Origin: Longimicrobiales bacterium
Lineage (GTDB): Bacteria; Gemmatimonadota; Gemmatimonadetes; Longimicrobiales; Gaopeijiaceae
Length of the DNA: 64,000 nt
Reading direction: 5' to 3'
Assembly (NCBI GenBank): GCA_965219445.1
Contig: CBDCNQ010000004.1
Location: forward strand, 480,001 to 544,000
In this document: positions 28,021 to 37,474 of the stretch, piece by piece
How the letters are laid out: the number at the start of each line of letters is the position of its first letter
How positions within the stretch are numbered: the first letter of the stretch is position 1
Made by a program: the position numbers and the translations under genes
The notes under the pieces: model-generated
Database searches by the model: none
Told to the model about the DNA's origin: nothing
Seen by the model: the letters and a program-made list of their open reading frames with translations, nothing else

Positions 28021-29630
28021 GTCCCCGCCGCGGCTCCGAGTTGGTCGATCTTCGTCCGGAGAGAGGAGTTATCGGGGTTCAATTCCAGGGCTCGACGCCA
28101 CAGCACGGCAGCTTCCTCGGTGTTGGAGTTCTCGAGTTCGATGGCGCCGAGCTTGATCAAGACATCCTCCCCTAGGCGGGGTTCCCACCTCAGGGCCGAC
28201 TCATAGTGTTGCTTGGCCTGAGCCTTGTCTCCGTGGCCCAGGGCTTGGTCCCCGAGGGCCTTGAAGGCCTGGGGAGGAGGAGAATCGGCCTGGATGGCCC
28301 TCTCGTAATAAGCCTTCGCGATCTCGCCGTCCCCCCGATGCTCCAGAACGGCTCCGGTATTCACGAGGATCGCCCCCTCATCCGGATATTGCTTGAGTCC
28401 CTCTTCACCGATCTTCAAGGCGCCACCCATGTCCCCCGCGAGTCCCGCAGCAATAACGCAAAAAGCGTAGAACATTGGCGGCGGCTTCTCCGATCCGAGC
28501 TGATCGCGGTAGGCCTTGAGTGAGCCCATCGCGGCGGCGGCGTCTCCCGATTTCATTTGGACGATGCCTCGCGCAAGGGCTAGACCGGCGTCGCTCCCAT
28601 CGAGCTTCTCCGCCGCATCCAGGGTTGAGAGCGCCTCGGCGTACCTGCCCAGCCGTTCGTACGTGAAGGCACGATTCCGGAGCAGGCCGTACGAAGGCTT
28701 CGCGTCCTCGCCGATCCCGTCGAAGTGAAGGAGAGCCTCCTGCGCCTTGCCCTGTCTCAGACTGATGAGCGCCAGGTGGGCCCGTGCGGCCGTGTGCGTC
28801 GGGTCAGCCTCGAGGACCTTTCGGAACTCACGGGTCGCTTCTTCCATCGACCCGGACTGATATGCGACCAGTCCCGGCCCGAAGTGTTCCTCCACGGATC
28901 CCTTGGCCTCGTCCTCGCGTACGCGCTTACCGACCTGGACCGCAAACCCGGCTTGGATCAAGCCGTACAACGCTTTTCCAGTGTCGAACTCGGCGAGTCC
29001 GGACTCCACGACTAAATCTGTGACCGAACGCTCTCCGTCTATCATAGGGATGATCCGCCTCTGGTCGTCCGTGAGGTCGAGGCCTTCATCCTCGAGGGGA
29101 TTCCGTTCCAACGAGAAGATGAGATCCATGGACGTGATCTTCTTTTCGACCACACTCCACTCGTCCACCCGGCGCGCTCCCTCCATAAGGAGGGCATCGA
29201 TGCTGATCGACACGCGAAATACGCCCTCTTCGGGCATAACGTCCGGCTCGAACTCGAACGTCCCTTCACTCCATTGAAAGATCATGTAGACGGCCTCATG
29301 GATCTGCACGGAGATGTACTCCTCCAGCGTCTCCTGAGTCAGGCTACCCAGCTCGACGAGCACCTCACCCAATCTGGTTCCGGTGACTTTGTGCTGCGCC
29401 ATCGCCACCTCGAGTTGAGCCTTGTCGATGACTTCGTGCGTGACTAGAAGATCTCCGAGCCGGTCCGGCCGGTTCTTGACGGAGGCGAAGATTACGTTTC
29501 CGCCCTCGAAGTAGACGTAGCCCTCGTTCTGCTTGTGCGTGAGACTCAGGCAGCCGGTCTTCCCGCCCATCCCGAGGAGTTGGGAGATGTCGGCGAGACT
29601 GACGTCGGTGAGTGCGCCTTTGATTGCCAT
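28017..29630 (-). CDS. DUF4388 protein with MshEN-like insertion and C-terminal TPR repeats
   Basis: MAIKGALTDVSLADISQLL...KTGCL...YFEGG and WSEGTFEF...LLMEGARRVDEW (DUF4388); tandem RLGxxLV repeats; TPR helices. Confidence 0.8.
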   Translation of the reverse strand: MAIKGALTDVSLADISQLLGMGGKTGCLSLTHKQNEGYVYFEGGNVIFASVKNRPDRLGDLLVTHEVIDKAQLEVAMAQHKVTGTRLGEVLVELGSLTQETLEEYISVQIHEAVYMIFQWSEGTFEFEPDVMPEEGVFRVSISIDALLMEGARRVDEWSVVEKKITSMDLIFSLERNPLEDEGLDLTDDQRRIIPMIDGERSVTDLVVESGLAEFDTGKALYGLIQAGFAVQVGKRVREDEAKGSVEEHFGPGLVAYQSGSMEEATREFRKVLEADPTHTAARAHLALISLRQGKAQEALLHFDGIGEDAKPSYGLLRNRAFTYERLGRYAEALSTLDAAEKLDGSDAGLALARGIVQMKSGDAAAAMGSLKAYRDQLGSEKPPPMFYAFCVIAAGLAGDMGGALKIGEEGLKQYPDEGAILVNTGAVLEHRGDGEIAKAYYERAIQADSPPPQAFKALGDQALGHGDKAQAKQHYESALRWEPRLGEDVLIKLGAIELENSNTEEAAVLWRRALELNPDNSSLRTKIDQLGAAAGT

Positions 29631-29642
29631 ACCGTGCTATGC

Positions 29643-31637
29643 CTACTCCGTCAATTCGACAATGCGTTCATCAACTGCCGTCCAGTCCCACACCACGTTT
29701 TCCTTTGACGGGTTCCAAACCGAGGCCGTCGCGACCGGGTCCCCCACCTCGGCTCGAGCCGCTTCCGGTGGATCCACTGGTTCTGGGGTTTTCTCCTTCT
29801 CTGCCGGTGTTTCGGCGGCGGCGGGTGCGGTTACCGATTTGTCCGCGGCGGGCGTCAGGACAGGACCATCACCGACCTCGACCTCTTCCTCCGGAGGAAG
29901 AGCGCTTTCGGCCACCTTGGGCCGCATGAATCCAGCCCAGAGATCGTCGTCTTGGATATACTCGGGTGGCGCCTTTTCCAGATTCAACACTCCCGCACCT
30001 TGGGGCAGACCCCGGCCGGGCGCCTCCACCACGAGGCCCATCTCGAAGCGAGTCCGCAGCCTGTCGTCAATGTCTTCAATCCCGGAGGGCGCCCGGTCTG
30101 CCGCGATCATTATCTTCGTGCCGGTGCGCTTCGATGCCTCGAAAAGGTGGAAGAACTCGTCCTTAGCGCGCTCGGTCCCAGAAATCAGTTCGGCGTGGTA
30201 AAGGATCAAGAGGTCCACATCCCACCAGCGTTCCCGCCAGGCCCCAGCCACACCCTCCGACAAAGCCCGAATGTAATCCTCCGCGAATTCCGCAGCCGAA
30301 ATGACGGCGATGTTCGCAAGCTTATGCCCTTCTCGAAAGGATCGTGCTGTCGCCGCCAGCAGCGCCAACGGACCTGTACGATTCCCACTCCATACGTACA
30401 GGGGATTGTACTCCGGACGTTCCTCGGTGATGAGCTTACCGGCTGCCCTGATTACGACTGGCTCGAAGTTGGACTCGAGATCGGCCAGGAGAGGACCCTC
30501 TCCCAAGCGCGAGAAAGGCCGCACTCGCTCCAAAGCCGAAGCGAGCAGCGAATTCGCCTCATCCAAGCGCTCGGGATCCTTGAGCACACCGACAGCGGCC
30601 TCCGGCCAGGGATTACCGGCGGTGGCCAGGGACTTTTCCACCTGACGGAGGCGGGCGATGTCTCTGCGGAATTGGTCCGCCACTTCCTGGGGGTCCTCGG
30701 GAGCCGTGTCGGTTTCGAGGATTCGGCGCAAGCGTGTACCCGAGAATCCTTCCTTCTCAAACATCTCCGCCGTCTCCCGGAGCAGCCTTCTCCAGGGCTC
30801 CTCCTCCCTCTCCACCTTGTGCGTCACCGAGTGGGAAAGCTCCTCCATGAACGAGCCGAACTCATCGAGGAGCTGCTGGCCAGCGATCGATCCTTCGGCC
30901 GGCACCTCTTCCGGTTCCTCAAGGCCCGCCAACTCTTCGATCTCGTCCTCCGCGACCTGGCGGCCTTCCAGTTCCTGGATGGCGAGAATCTTGTTGAGCG
31001 CGCCCCCCAGTTGGCGGACGCTGCCGAAGGGGTGCTTCGCGAGCGCCTCGGCCACGCCCGGCTCTAACGTCTGGTCCCGCTCCTCGGCCTTCTTACGGAG
31101 GATGGCCACCTTGGTCTCATACTCCGGCACGCCGATGTCGACGATCAACCCACCCGAGAACCGAGTGAGCAAGCGCTTGTCCAGCCCGTCGATCTCGGCG
31201 GGCGGGCGGTCACTGGCGAGGACGACCTGACCCCCGGACTTGCTCATTCCATCCAGAAGCCTGAGCAGCATCTCCTGCGCTTCGTTCTGCCCGGTAAAGA
31301 ACTGGACGTCGTCAAGGAGGAGGATATGGAGTTCTTCGTACCGCTGTCGGAGCTCATCCTCAGACCCGGCCTGGACGGCCTGCGTGAGTTCGTTGAGGAA
31401 GCTCTCGACCGTCACGTAAACGGCCCCAAAACCGGGATGTACACGGGCCGAATAGTGCGCGATACCATTGAGGATGTGAGACTTCCCCAGGCCCGATGAA
31501 GAATAGATGAAGAGAGGGTTATAGGAAGTGCCGGGCGCGTCGGCCACGCGCCGTGCCGCCGCCGCCGCGAGCCGGTTCTCGGGCCCCACGATGAACGAAT
31601 CGAACGTAAATCTCGGATCCAGGTCCGTGGCTACCAC
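29643..31637 (-). CDS. DnaA/Hda-family protein with two tandem AAA+ modules and no DNA-binding domain
   Basis: LDPRFTFDSFIVGPENRLA, YNPLFIY..SGLGKSH, LLLDDVQF, ASDRPP, RLLTRFSGGL, SVRQLGGAL; second copy YNPLYVW, FFHLFE, AADRAP, RLRTRFEMGL. Confidence 0.85.
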   Translation of the reverse strand: MVATDLDPRFTFDSFIVGPENRLAAAAARRVADAPGTSYNPLFIYSSSGLGKSHILNGIAHYSARVHPGFGAVYVTVESFLNELTQAVQAGSEDELRQRYEELHILLLDDVQFFTGQNEAQEMLLRLLDGMSKSGGQVVLASDRPPAEIDGLDKRLLTRFSGGLIVDIGVPEYETKVAILRKKAEERDQTLEPGVAEALAKHPFGSVRQLGGALNKILAIQELEGRQVAEDEIEELAGLEEPEEVPAEGSIAGQQLLDEFGSFMEELSHSVTHKVEREEEPWRRLLRETAEMFEKEGFSGTRLRRILETDTAPEDPQEVADQFRRDIARLRQVEKSLATAGNPWPEAAVGVLKDPERLDEANSLLASALERVRPFSRLGEGPLLADLESNFEPVVIRAAGKLITEERPEYNPLYVWSGNRTGPLALLAATARSFREGHKLANIAVISAAEFAEDYIRALSEGVAGAWRERWWDVDLLILYHAELISGTERAKDEFFHLFEASKRTGTKIMIAADRAPSGIEDIDDRLRTRFEMGLVVEAPGRGLPQGAGVLNLEKAPPEYIQDDDLWAGFMRPKVAESALPPEEEVEVGDGPVLTPAADKSVTAPAAAETPAEKEKTPEPVDPPEAARAEVGDPVATASVWNPSKENVVWDWTAVDERIVELTE

Positions 31638-31656
31638 AGCTCTACCTCAACCTCCG

Positions 31657-32619
31657 TCACTTTACTCCTTCGTTTCGTGCCCACTCGGCGCACGCTTGTA
31701 GGTCCTCCGGGAGAGGCCGCTCGAATCGCATCGCCTCGCCACTCACCGGATGGGCGAAGGAGAGCCTCCACGAGTGGAGGAACTGCCGCTCCACTTTTTG
31801 GCGCAGCGTTTTCGCCCAATTCTGGGCTTTGCCGCCGATCCCGCGCTCCCAGCCCGCGCCATACACGGCGTCCCCGACCACCGGATGTCCGATATGCGCC
31901 AGGTGGACCCGAATCTGATGGGTCCGCCCCGTGCCCAGCGCTACACGTAACAATTCGGCGCCGAGCCAACGCTCCACGACGCGAAGGCGTGTCACGGCGG
32001 AGCGTCCAGTCTCCACTACCGCCATACGCTGCCGATCCGCCCGATCGCGTCCGATCGGCGCAGTAACCTCAAGAGGTGAATCGGAAAGGTGCCCCCATGA
32101 TGCCGCAATATACAGACGCTTAATTTCATGCCGTTGAAGCGCTTCGGAAAGGGCGTGGTGCGCCCTGTCGGTTTTGGCCACTACCATGAGCCCCGAGGTG
32201 TAGCGATCCAGGCGGTGCACGATCCCGGGCCGCAGCCTTCCTCCAATACCCGACAGATCGTCCGTGTGCGCAAGGAGCGCGTTGACCAGGGTTCCAGTGG
32301 GATGCCCAGGCGCCGGGTGAGTCACCATGCCCGCGGGCTTGTTCACTACGAGGAGCGAAGAGTCCTCGAACAGGACGTCCAGGGGTATGTCCTCCGGCTG
32401 GGCGTCCAGCGCCTGGGGCGGAGGAACCCGCACCTCGATCTCCTGCCCAGCCTCGAGTCGATCGGACTTTCGCGCTACCTGACCGTCGACCCGTACCCTT
32501 CCCTCCGCCACCAGCGCCTGCACCCGGGCCCTGGAGAGGTCCGAATTTCCGGCCACATAGGCATCGAGCCGATCCCCGTCACGATCGACCTTGAGGACCT
32601 CCACCCGCTCCTCAATCAC
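31657..32619 (-). CDS. rluD: RluA/RluD-family pseudouridine synthase
   Basis: S4 domain, VVNKPAGMVTHP, HRLDRYTSG, GRTHQIRVH motifs. Confidence 0.92.
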   Translation of the reverse strand: MIEERVEVLKVDRDGDRLDAYVAGNSDLSRARVQALVAEGRVRVDGQVARKSDRLEAGQEIEVRVPPPQALDAQPEDIPLDVLFEDSSLLVVNKPAGMVTHPAPGHPTGTLVNALLAHTDDLSGIGGRLRPGIVHRLDRYTSGLMVVAKTDRAHHALSEALQRHEIKRLYIAASWGHLSDSPLEVTAPIGRDRADRQRMAVVETGRSAVTRLRVVERWLGAELLRVALGTGRTHQIRVHLAHIGHPVVGDAVYGAGWERGIGGKAQNWAKTLRQKVERQFLHSWRLSFAHPVSGEAMRFERPLPEDLQACAEWARNEGVK

Positions 32620-32621
32620 TG

Positions 32622-35600
32622 TCAGTCCTGGGCTCCGGCCCCGGGCCGACCCTCCGACGAGTCGCCCTCTGCGCCCCGATTGAGTGCGATCACGACGTCC
32701 ATATCATCGATCTTGACGCTCTGGACGGAGTCGTAGCCGGCGATGCTGTCCCGGCTGTCATCGATCTCGAGCTGAACCGCCAGAGTCTCACCACAGATGA
32801 AATCATGGTGATCACCCGCCGCCGCTCTGATGTGCGCCGGACCGTACACTCCCAGCCGGATCCGGTCCGTGATGGCCAAGCCAGACTCCTTGCGAAGTCG
32901 TTGAATGCGGTTGACCAGCTCTCGCGCGCTTCCCTCCGACTTCAGATCTTCATCCAGAGTCGGATCGAGGGCGGCCGTGTACCCGCCCTCGGATCGCACC
33001 ACGAGGTCCCCCTTGGACTCCTCGGCGACGGTCAAATCCTCGGGATCGAGCACGACGTTGCGGCCGCCGACTTCGATCGATACCGGATCCCCAGCGGTAT
33101 ACGCCCGTAACTCCGGCTCGGAGAGATCGCGGATCGCAGTGGCGGCAAGTTCCGTTTCCTTACCGAACTTCTGACCCAGCGCCTTGTAATTCGGCTTCCC
33201 GGCCAGCATAGTCAGACCATCGGCCGAAGCCAAGAAATCCACAGCCTTGACGTTGAGTTCGTCTTGGAGCAGATCCAGTACCTCACTCCGAATCTGCACC
33301 CCCCCGGGAACGACCGCGAATAAGCGCTTGAGCGGTTGACGAACCCGAATCTTGACCTCCTCTCGGGTCGCGCGGCCAAGGGTCACGAGCGCCCTCACAG
33401 CTTCGACTTCCCTTTCCAGGGCCTCATCGCGAGCCTCCAGCCCTTCCGCGGAGCCGTCCTCCGGAAACGCCTCCAGATGAACGCTCTTCCCGGTGAGTCC
33501 ACGGTGGACCCAGTCGGAGACGAACGGCGTCACCGGCGCGGAGAGGAGGCACACGGTGCGCAGCGCCTCCCAGAGTGTCCGGAAGGCCGCACGAGCGTCA
33601 TCGTCATCCGTATTCCCCCAAAACCTTGGTCGGGACCGCCGGACATACCAATTAGACAGCTCCTCACTGACGAATTCGCCCAAAGCCCGGTAGGCTCGTG
33701 TGAGCTGATAACCGTTCAACTCCGAACGCACCTCTGTTACGACCGAACTCAGCCGAGAAATCAGCCAACGGTCGAGCAGGTTTCGTTCCTGGGGCGCCGG
33801 GTCGGCCTCCGAGGGCGCCCAGTCCTCCGCGTTGGCGTAGAGCGTGAAGAAGCGGTAGGTGTTGAAAAGAGTGTCCAGAAACCTTCGGGATGCCTCTTGG
33901 ACGGCCACGGGATCATACCGTTTGGGCACCCATGGGTTGCTGGACGTGATCAGATACCACCGGATAGCGTCGACCCCATGGTCCGCGATGGCATCCCATG
34001 GATCCACTGTATTCCCGCGCGACTTCGCCATTTTCTGGCCCTCGATATCGAGGATCAGATCGTTTACCACGACGTTTCGGAACGGTTGGCCCTTGCCCAG
34101 CATCGTGGAGATGGCCAGCAGGGAGTAGAACCATCCCCGCGTCTGATCGAGACCCTCACAGATGAAGTCGGCGGGGAAATGCCGCTTGAATTCATCCTGA
34201 CCCTCGAAGGGGTAATGCCACTGTGCGTACGGCATCGAGCCCGAGTCGAACCAGCCGTCGATCACCTCCGGCGCCCGCCTCATGGTCCCGCCACACCCTC
34301 CACAGTTCCACGTGTGCTTATCGATGTAGGGACGGTGAGGGTCGAAATCGTCTCCCAAGGGTCCGGTGCGCTCCGCCAACTCCTCGTAGTTCCCGATCCA
34401 CTCCACGTGGTCCGGCTCCTGATCGCACACCCACACCGGGAGCGGCGTACCCCAGTAGCGATCCCGAGAAAGCGCCCAATCCACGTTTCCCTTGAGCCAC
34501 TCTCCCATTCGGCCCTCGCCGATGTCCGGTGGGAACCAGTTCGTAGCCCGATTGTGGGCCAACATTTGGTCCTTCAGCGTGGAGGTAGCGGCGAACCACG
34601 AATCCCTTGTGATGTATATGAGTGGCGACTCGCAGCGCCAGCAGTGCGGATAGGAGTGAACCGTGGTGCCGAACCGAAAGAGATTCCCTCGCGATTCGAG
34701 CTCTTCCACCAACACCGGATCGGCGTCCTTCACGAACACGCCCGCCACCAACTGGGTCCCCTCGACGAACAATCCCGAATCGTCGACGGGCCGGAGCAAC
34801 GGCAAATCGTGCCGCTGTCCAGCGGCGTAGTCGTCTGATCCAAAAGCGGGTGCGATGTGCACGATGCCGGTACCGTCTTCGGAGCTGACGAAATCCTCGG
34901 TGATCACGGTCCAACCGTTCCCCGGATCCTCCGGCGCGGGAACGACCTCGAGCGGCCGGGCATAGCGTATCCCCTCCAACTCCCTACCCTGATACCGATG
35001 GAGGACCTCTACTCCCTCTGCGAGAACTGTTTCGAGGCGGTCCTCAGCCAATACCAGACGCCGTCCCTCGTACTGGACGTCCAAGTATTTGAGGTCCGGA
35101 TGCACGGCCAGGGCCGTGTTGGAAGGAACCGTCCACGGCGTCGTCGTCCAGACCACGAATGCTCGTCCCTCCGGGTCCGGCTGGCCCTCGTTCGTCAACC
35201 AGGGGCACAGGAAGTGGAGAGATGAGTCCTCGATATCCCGGTACCCCAACGCGACTTCGTGGGAGCTGAGCCCGGTTCCGCACCGTGGACAATACGGGAC
35301 ACTCTTGTACCCTCGGTACAACAGACCCTGATCCGCGAGCTGCTTGAGAATCCACCATACGCTCTCCACGTAGTCGACGTCGAGGGTGGCATACGGTCGT
35401 GTGTAATCCAGCCAATAGCCGATGCGCTCGGAGAGGTTTTCCCACTCCTGCTTGTATGTAAAGACCGAGTCGCGGCAGGCCGCGTTGAACTCCGCAATGC
35501 CGAGAGCCTCGATTTCGGGCTTGCCCGAAATCCCCAGCCTTTTCTCAGCCTCGATCTCAACCGGCAACCCATGCGTGTCCCAGCCGGCAATGCGGGTAAC

Positions 35601-35831
35601 GCTCCGCCCCTCCATCGTCCGCAGCCGGCATACCAGATCCTTGATCGTCCGGCTGATGATATGGTGAAGTCCCGGACGGCCGTTGGCCGTGGGGGGGCCC
35701 TCGAAAAAAACGAACGGCTCACCGGATTCCGTGGCCTCCAGTGTCTGGCGAAAGAGGTCCTCGTCGCGCCAGCGGGCCAGAGTCTCTTCCTCGAGGGCGA
35801 TCAGTGTTTCGGGGATTTCCGGATATGGCAT
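32622..35831 (-). CDS. ileS: Isoleucine-tRNA ligase, type 2 (IleRS2)
   Basis: EGPPTANG, GWDTHGLPVE, WTTTPWT, DWALSRDRYWGTP, EGLDQTRGWF, KMAKS; type-2 C-terminus ARELVNRIQRLRK. Confidence 0.97.
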   Translation of the reverse strand: MPYPEIPETLIALEEETLARWRDEDLFRQTLEATESGEPFVFFEGPPTANGRPGLHHIISRTIKDLVCRLRTMEGRSVTRIAGWDTHGLPVEIEAEKRLGISGKPEIEALGIAEFNAACRDSVFTYKQEWENLSERIGYWLDYTRPYATLDVDYVESVWWILKQLADQGLLYRGYKSVPYCPRCGTGLSSHEVALGYRDIEDSSLHFLCPWLTNEGQPDPEGRAFVVWTTTPWTVPSNTALAVHPDLKYLDVQYEGRRLVLAEDRLETVLAEGVEVLHRYQGRELEGIRYARPLEVVPAPEDPGNGWTVITEDFVSSEDGTGIVHIAPAFGSDDYAAGQRHDLPLLRPVDDSGLFVEGTQLVAGVFVKDADPVLVEELESRGNLFRFGTTVHSYPHCWRCESPLIYITRDSWFAATSTLKDQMLAHNRATNWFPPDIGEGRMGEWLKGNVDWALSRDRYWGTPLPVWVCDQEPDHVEWIGNYEELAERTGPLGDDFDPHRPYIDKHTWNCGGCGGTMRRAPEVIDGWFDSGSMPYAQWHYPFEGQDEFKRHFPADFICEGLDQTRGWFYSLLAISTMLGKGQPFRNVVVNDLILDIEGQKMAKSRGNTVDPWDAIADHGVDAIRWYLITSSNPWVPKRYDPVAVQEASRRFLDTLFNTYRFFTLYANAEDWAPSEADPAPQERNLLDRWLISRLSSVVTEVRSELNGYQLTRAYRALGEFVSEELSNWYVRRSRPRFWGNTDDDDARAAFRTLWEALRTVCLLSAPVTPFVSDWVHRGLTGKSVHLEAFPEDGSAEGLEARDEALEREVEAVRALVTLGRATREEVKIRVRQPLKRLFAVVPGGVQIRSEVLDLLQDELNVKAVDFLASADGLTMLAGKPNYKALGQKFGKETELAATAIRDLSEPELRAYTAGDPVSIEVGGRNVVLDPEDLTVAEESKGDLVVRSEGGYTAALDPTLDEDLKSEGSARELVNRIQRLRKESGLAITDRIRLGVYGPAHIRAAAGDHHDFICGETLAVQLEIDDSRDSIAGYDSVQSVKIDDMDVVIALNRGAEGDSSEGRPGAGAQD

Positions 35832-35900
35832 CAAGTCATTCCTGGCTACGAAAAAGCCGAGATCGCCTCAGACAGTCCGGTGGCGGGCGCCACCGCACCC

Positions 35901-36692
35901 TCACTCGGTGTCCTCTTCCTTCCGATCCATCATTATGGAAGAGAGCCACAGTGAGTCCCCGCCGTCCTGCCCCTCGGGGGGCTGCGTCGCGTCAGCCTCC
36001 GCTGCCACAGACTCTTCGTCCGGGGCCACCGATTCGGTGCCGAGAGGGTCATCAGCAACGGCAGCCACGCCTGCGGTCTCCACAGTCTCCGATGCAGAGG
36101 CGTCGTCCGCGTCGTCGCCGCCGTCCTCGTCGTCGCTGTACTCGTCGTCTCCGTACTCGTCGCCGTCCTCGGCTTCGCCAATCGACCAGGACGCTTGGCC
36201 AAGCTCGAGGTCCAGCGTGACACCTTCCAGTGGAGCTCGGCCAAGCTCAACCTCGACCGTATCTAGCTCACGCTCCAAGAAGGTCCGAAAGGCCTTCAAG
36301 AAGCGACCACGGTGGCGCTCCAGCTCTTGCAGGGCGGCGCTGCGCTCCGCGAGGAGCTTCTCGGCCTCCCCCATCATTCCGTCGATGCGCACTCGTGCCT
36401 CCCGCTCCAGGAGCTTCGCCTCCCGGCTCGCCTGCTTTTTCATATCCTGGCGGAGCTCCTGCGCGGTCACCAAAGCCTCTTGGACTGCTTGTTCGCGTCC
36501 CTCCTGCACGACCACCTTCTCTCCCAGCCGCTCGATTCTCTCGCGGAAGGCGAGATTTTCTTTGACCAAGACCTCCATCCGCTCCGCGACCAAGTCTAGG
36601 AACCCGTCGACCTCCTGCGGATCGTAGCCCCGAAGCCCCTTACCGAAATCTCCCCGCTTCTTGCGCACGTCCAACGGCGTGAGGTCAATCAT
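35901..36692 (-). CDS. divIVA: DivIVA-domain protein with acidic tail
   Basis: LTPLDV...F.KGLRGYDPQEVDGFL, coiled coil; yggS-divIVA-ileS order. Confidence 0.9.
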   Translation of the reverse strand: MIDLTPLDVRKKRGDFGKGLRGYDPQEVDGFLDLVAERMEVLVKENLAFRERIERLGEKVVVQEGREQAVQEALVTAQELRQDMKKQASREAKLLEREARVRIDGMMGEAEKLLAERSAALQELERHRGRFLKAFRTFLERELDTVEVELGRAPLEGVTLDLELGQASWSIGEAEDGDEYGDDEYSDDEDGGDDADDASASETVETAGVAAVADDPLGTESVAPDEESVAAEADATQPPEGQDGGDSLWLSSIMMDRKEEDTE

Positions 36693-37398
36693 GGGCCGTT
36701 CGTTTCCCGAAAAGAGCCGTGCCGATGCGAATCATTGTGCTGCCCTCCTCGATGGCAATTTCGAAATCGTTCGTCATACCCATTGAAAGATGTTCACCAC
36801 AATACCCCTCGACCGCCCGAAGCTCCTCATGAAGCATCCGAACCCCTTCAAACGTGCGCCGAAGTAGTGCCTGGTCGTTCGTGAACGGAGCCATGGTCAT
36901 AAGGCCCCGAACCTCCAGGCCCGGCAAAGTAAGGACTTTCGAAATGTCGTCCCCGAGGCCATCACCCGGAAGGCCTGATTTACTCTCCTCTCCAGATGTG
37001 TTCACCTGCACCAAGACGGAAACGATCTCGCCTGCCTCCATGGCCGCGTTCGAGAGCCGTTGGGCCAGCCGGACCGAATCGATCGAGTGGACCAGGTCGG
37101 CCAACCCGACGAGCCGCGGTGCTTTTCGCCGCTGGACATGGCCAATCATATGCCACTGAGCCCGCGCGTCCTCCAACGCCGCACGCTTCCATGCGAGCTC
37201 TTCTGTCCGATTCTCCCCCAAGTCGAACAGACCATGCGAAAGTGCCACGTGCACGGCCTCGATGGGATGCGCTTTGGTCACCGCCACCAGGGTGACTTTG
37301 TCCGAGTCGCGGCCGCTACGCTGCGCCGCGTCAGCGATCCGGTCCCGGATCTCCGGCAGCGATGCCGTGACCCGCTCATCATACGTGGAGGTGATCAT
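36685..37398 (-). CDS. yggS: PLP homeostasis protein YggS
   Basis: LVAVTK, GENR, WHMIGHVQ, QVNTSGEESKSG, LSMGMTND, IRIGTALFG. Confidence 0.95.
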   Translation of the reverse strand: MITSTYDERVTASLPEIRDRIADAAQRSGRDSDKVTLVAVTKAHPIEAVHVALSHGLFDLGENRTEELAWKRAALEDARAQWHMIGHVQRRKAPRLVGLADLVHSIDSVRLAQRLSNAAMEAGEIVSVLVQVNTSGEESKSGLPGDGLGDDISKVLTLPGLEVRGLMTMAPFTNDQALLRRTFEGVRMLHEELRAVEGYCGEHLSMGMTNDFEIAIEEGSTMIRIGTALFGKRTAHD

Positions 37399-37410
37399 TC
37401 TATCGCGTCG

Positions 37411-37448
37411 AAAAAAAACGACCCCGCCGGCCAGGCCGGCGGGGTCGT
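37411..37448 (-). terminator. Rho-independent terminator after tonB
   Basis: ACGACCCCGCCGGCC/GGCCGGCGGGGTCGT stem followed by a T run on the minus strand. Confidence 0.9.
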
Positions 37449-37474
37449 CTCCGAAGAACCGTCAGGCCCAGCCG

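Noticed and set aside
29643..31637. Canonical dnaA/oriC locus
   Set aside because: No domain I or IV, no dnaN neighbour, no DnaA-box cluster or AT-rich unwinding region
36100..36175. GACGAGTAC-type short repeats in divIVA
   Set aside because: They simply encode a low-complexity acidic linker
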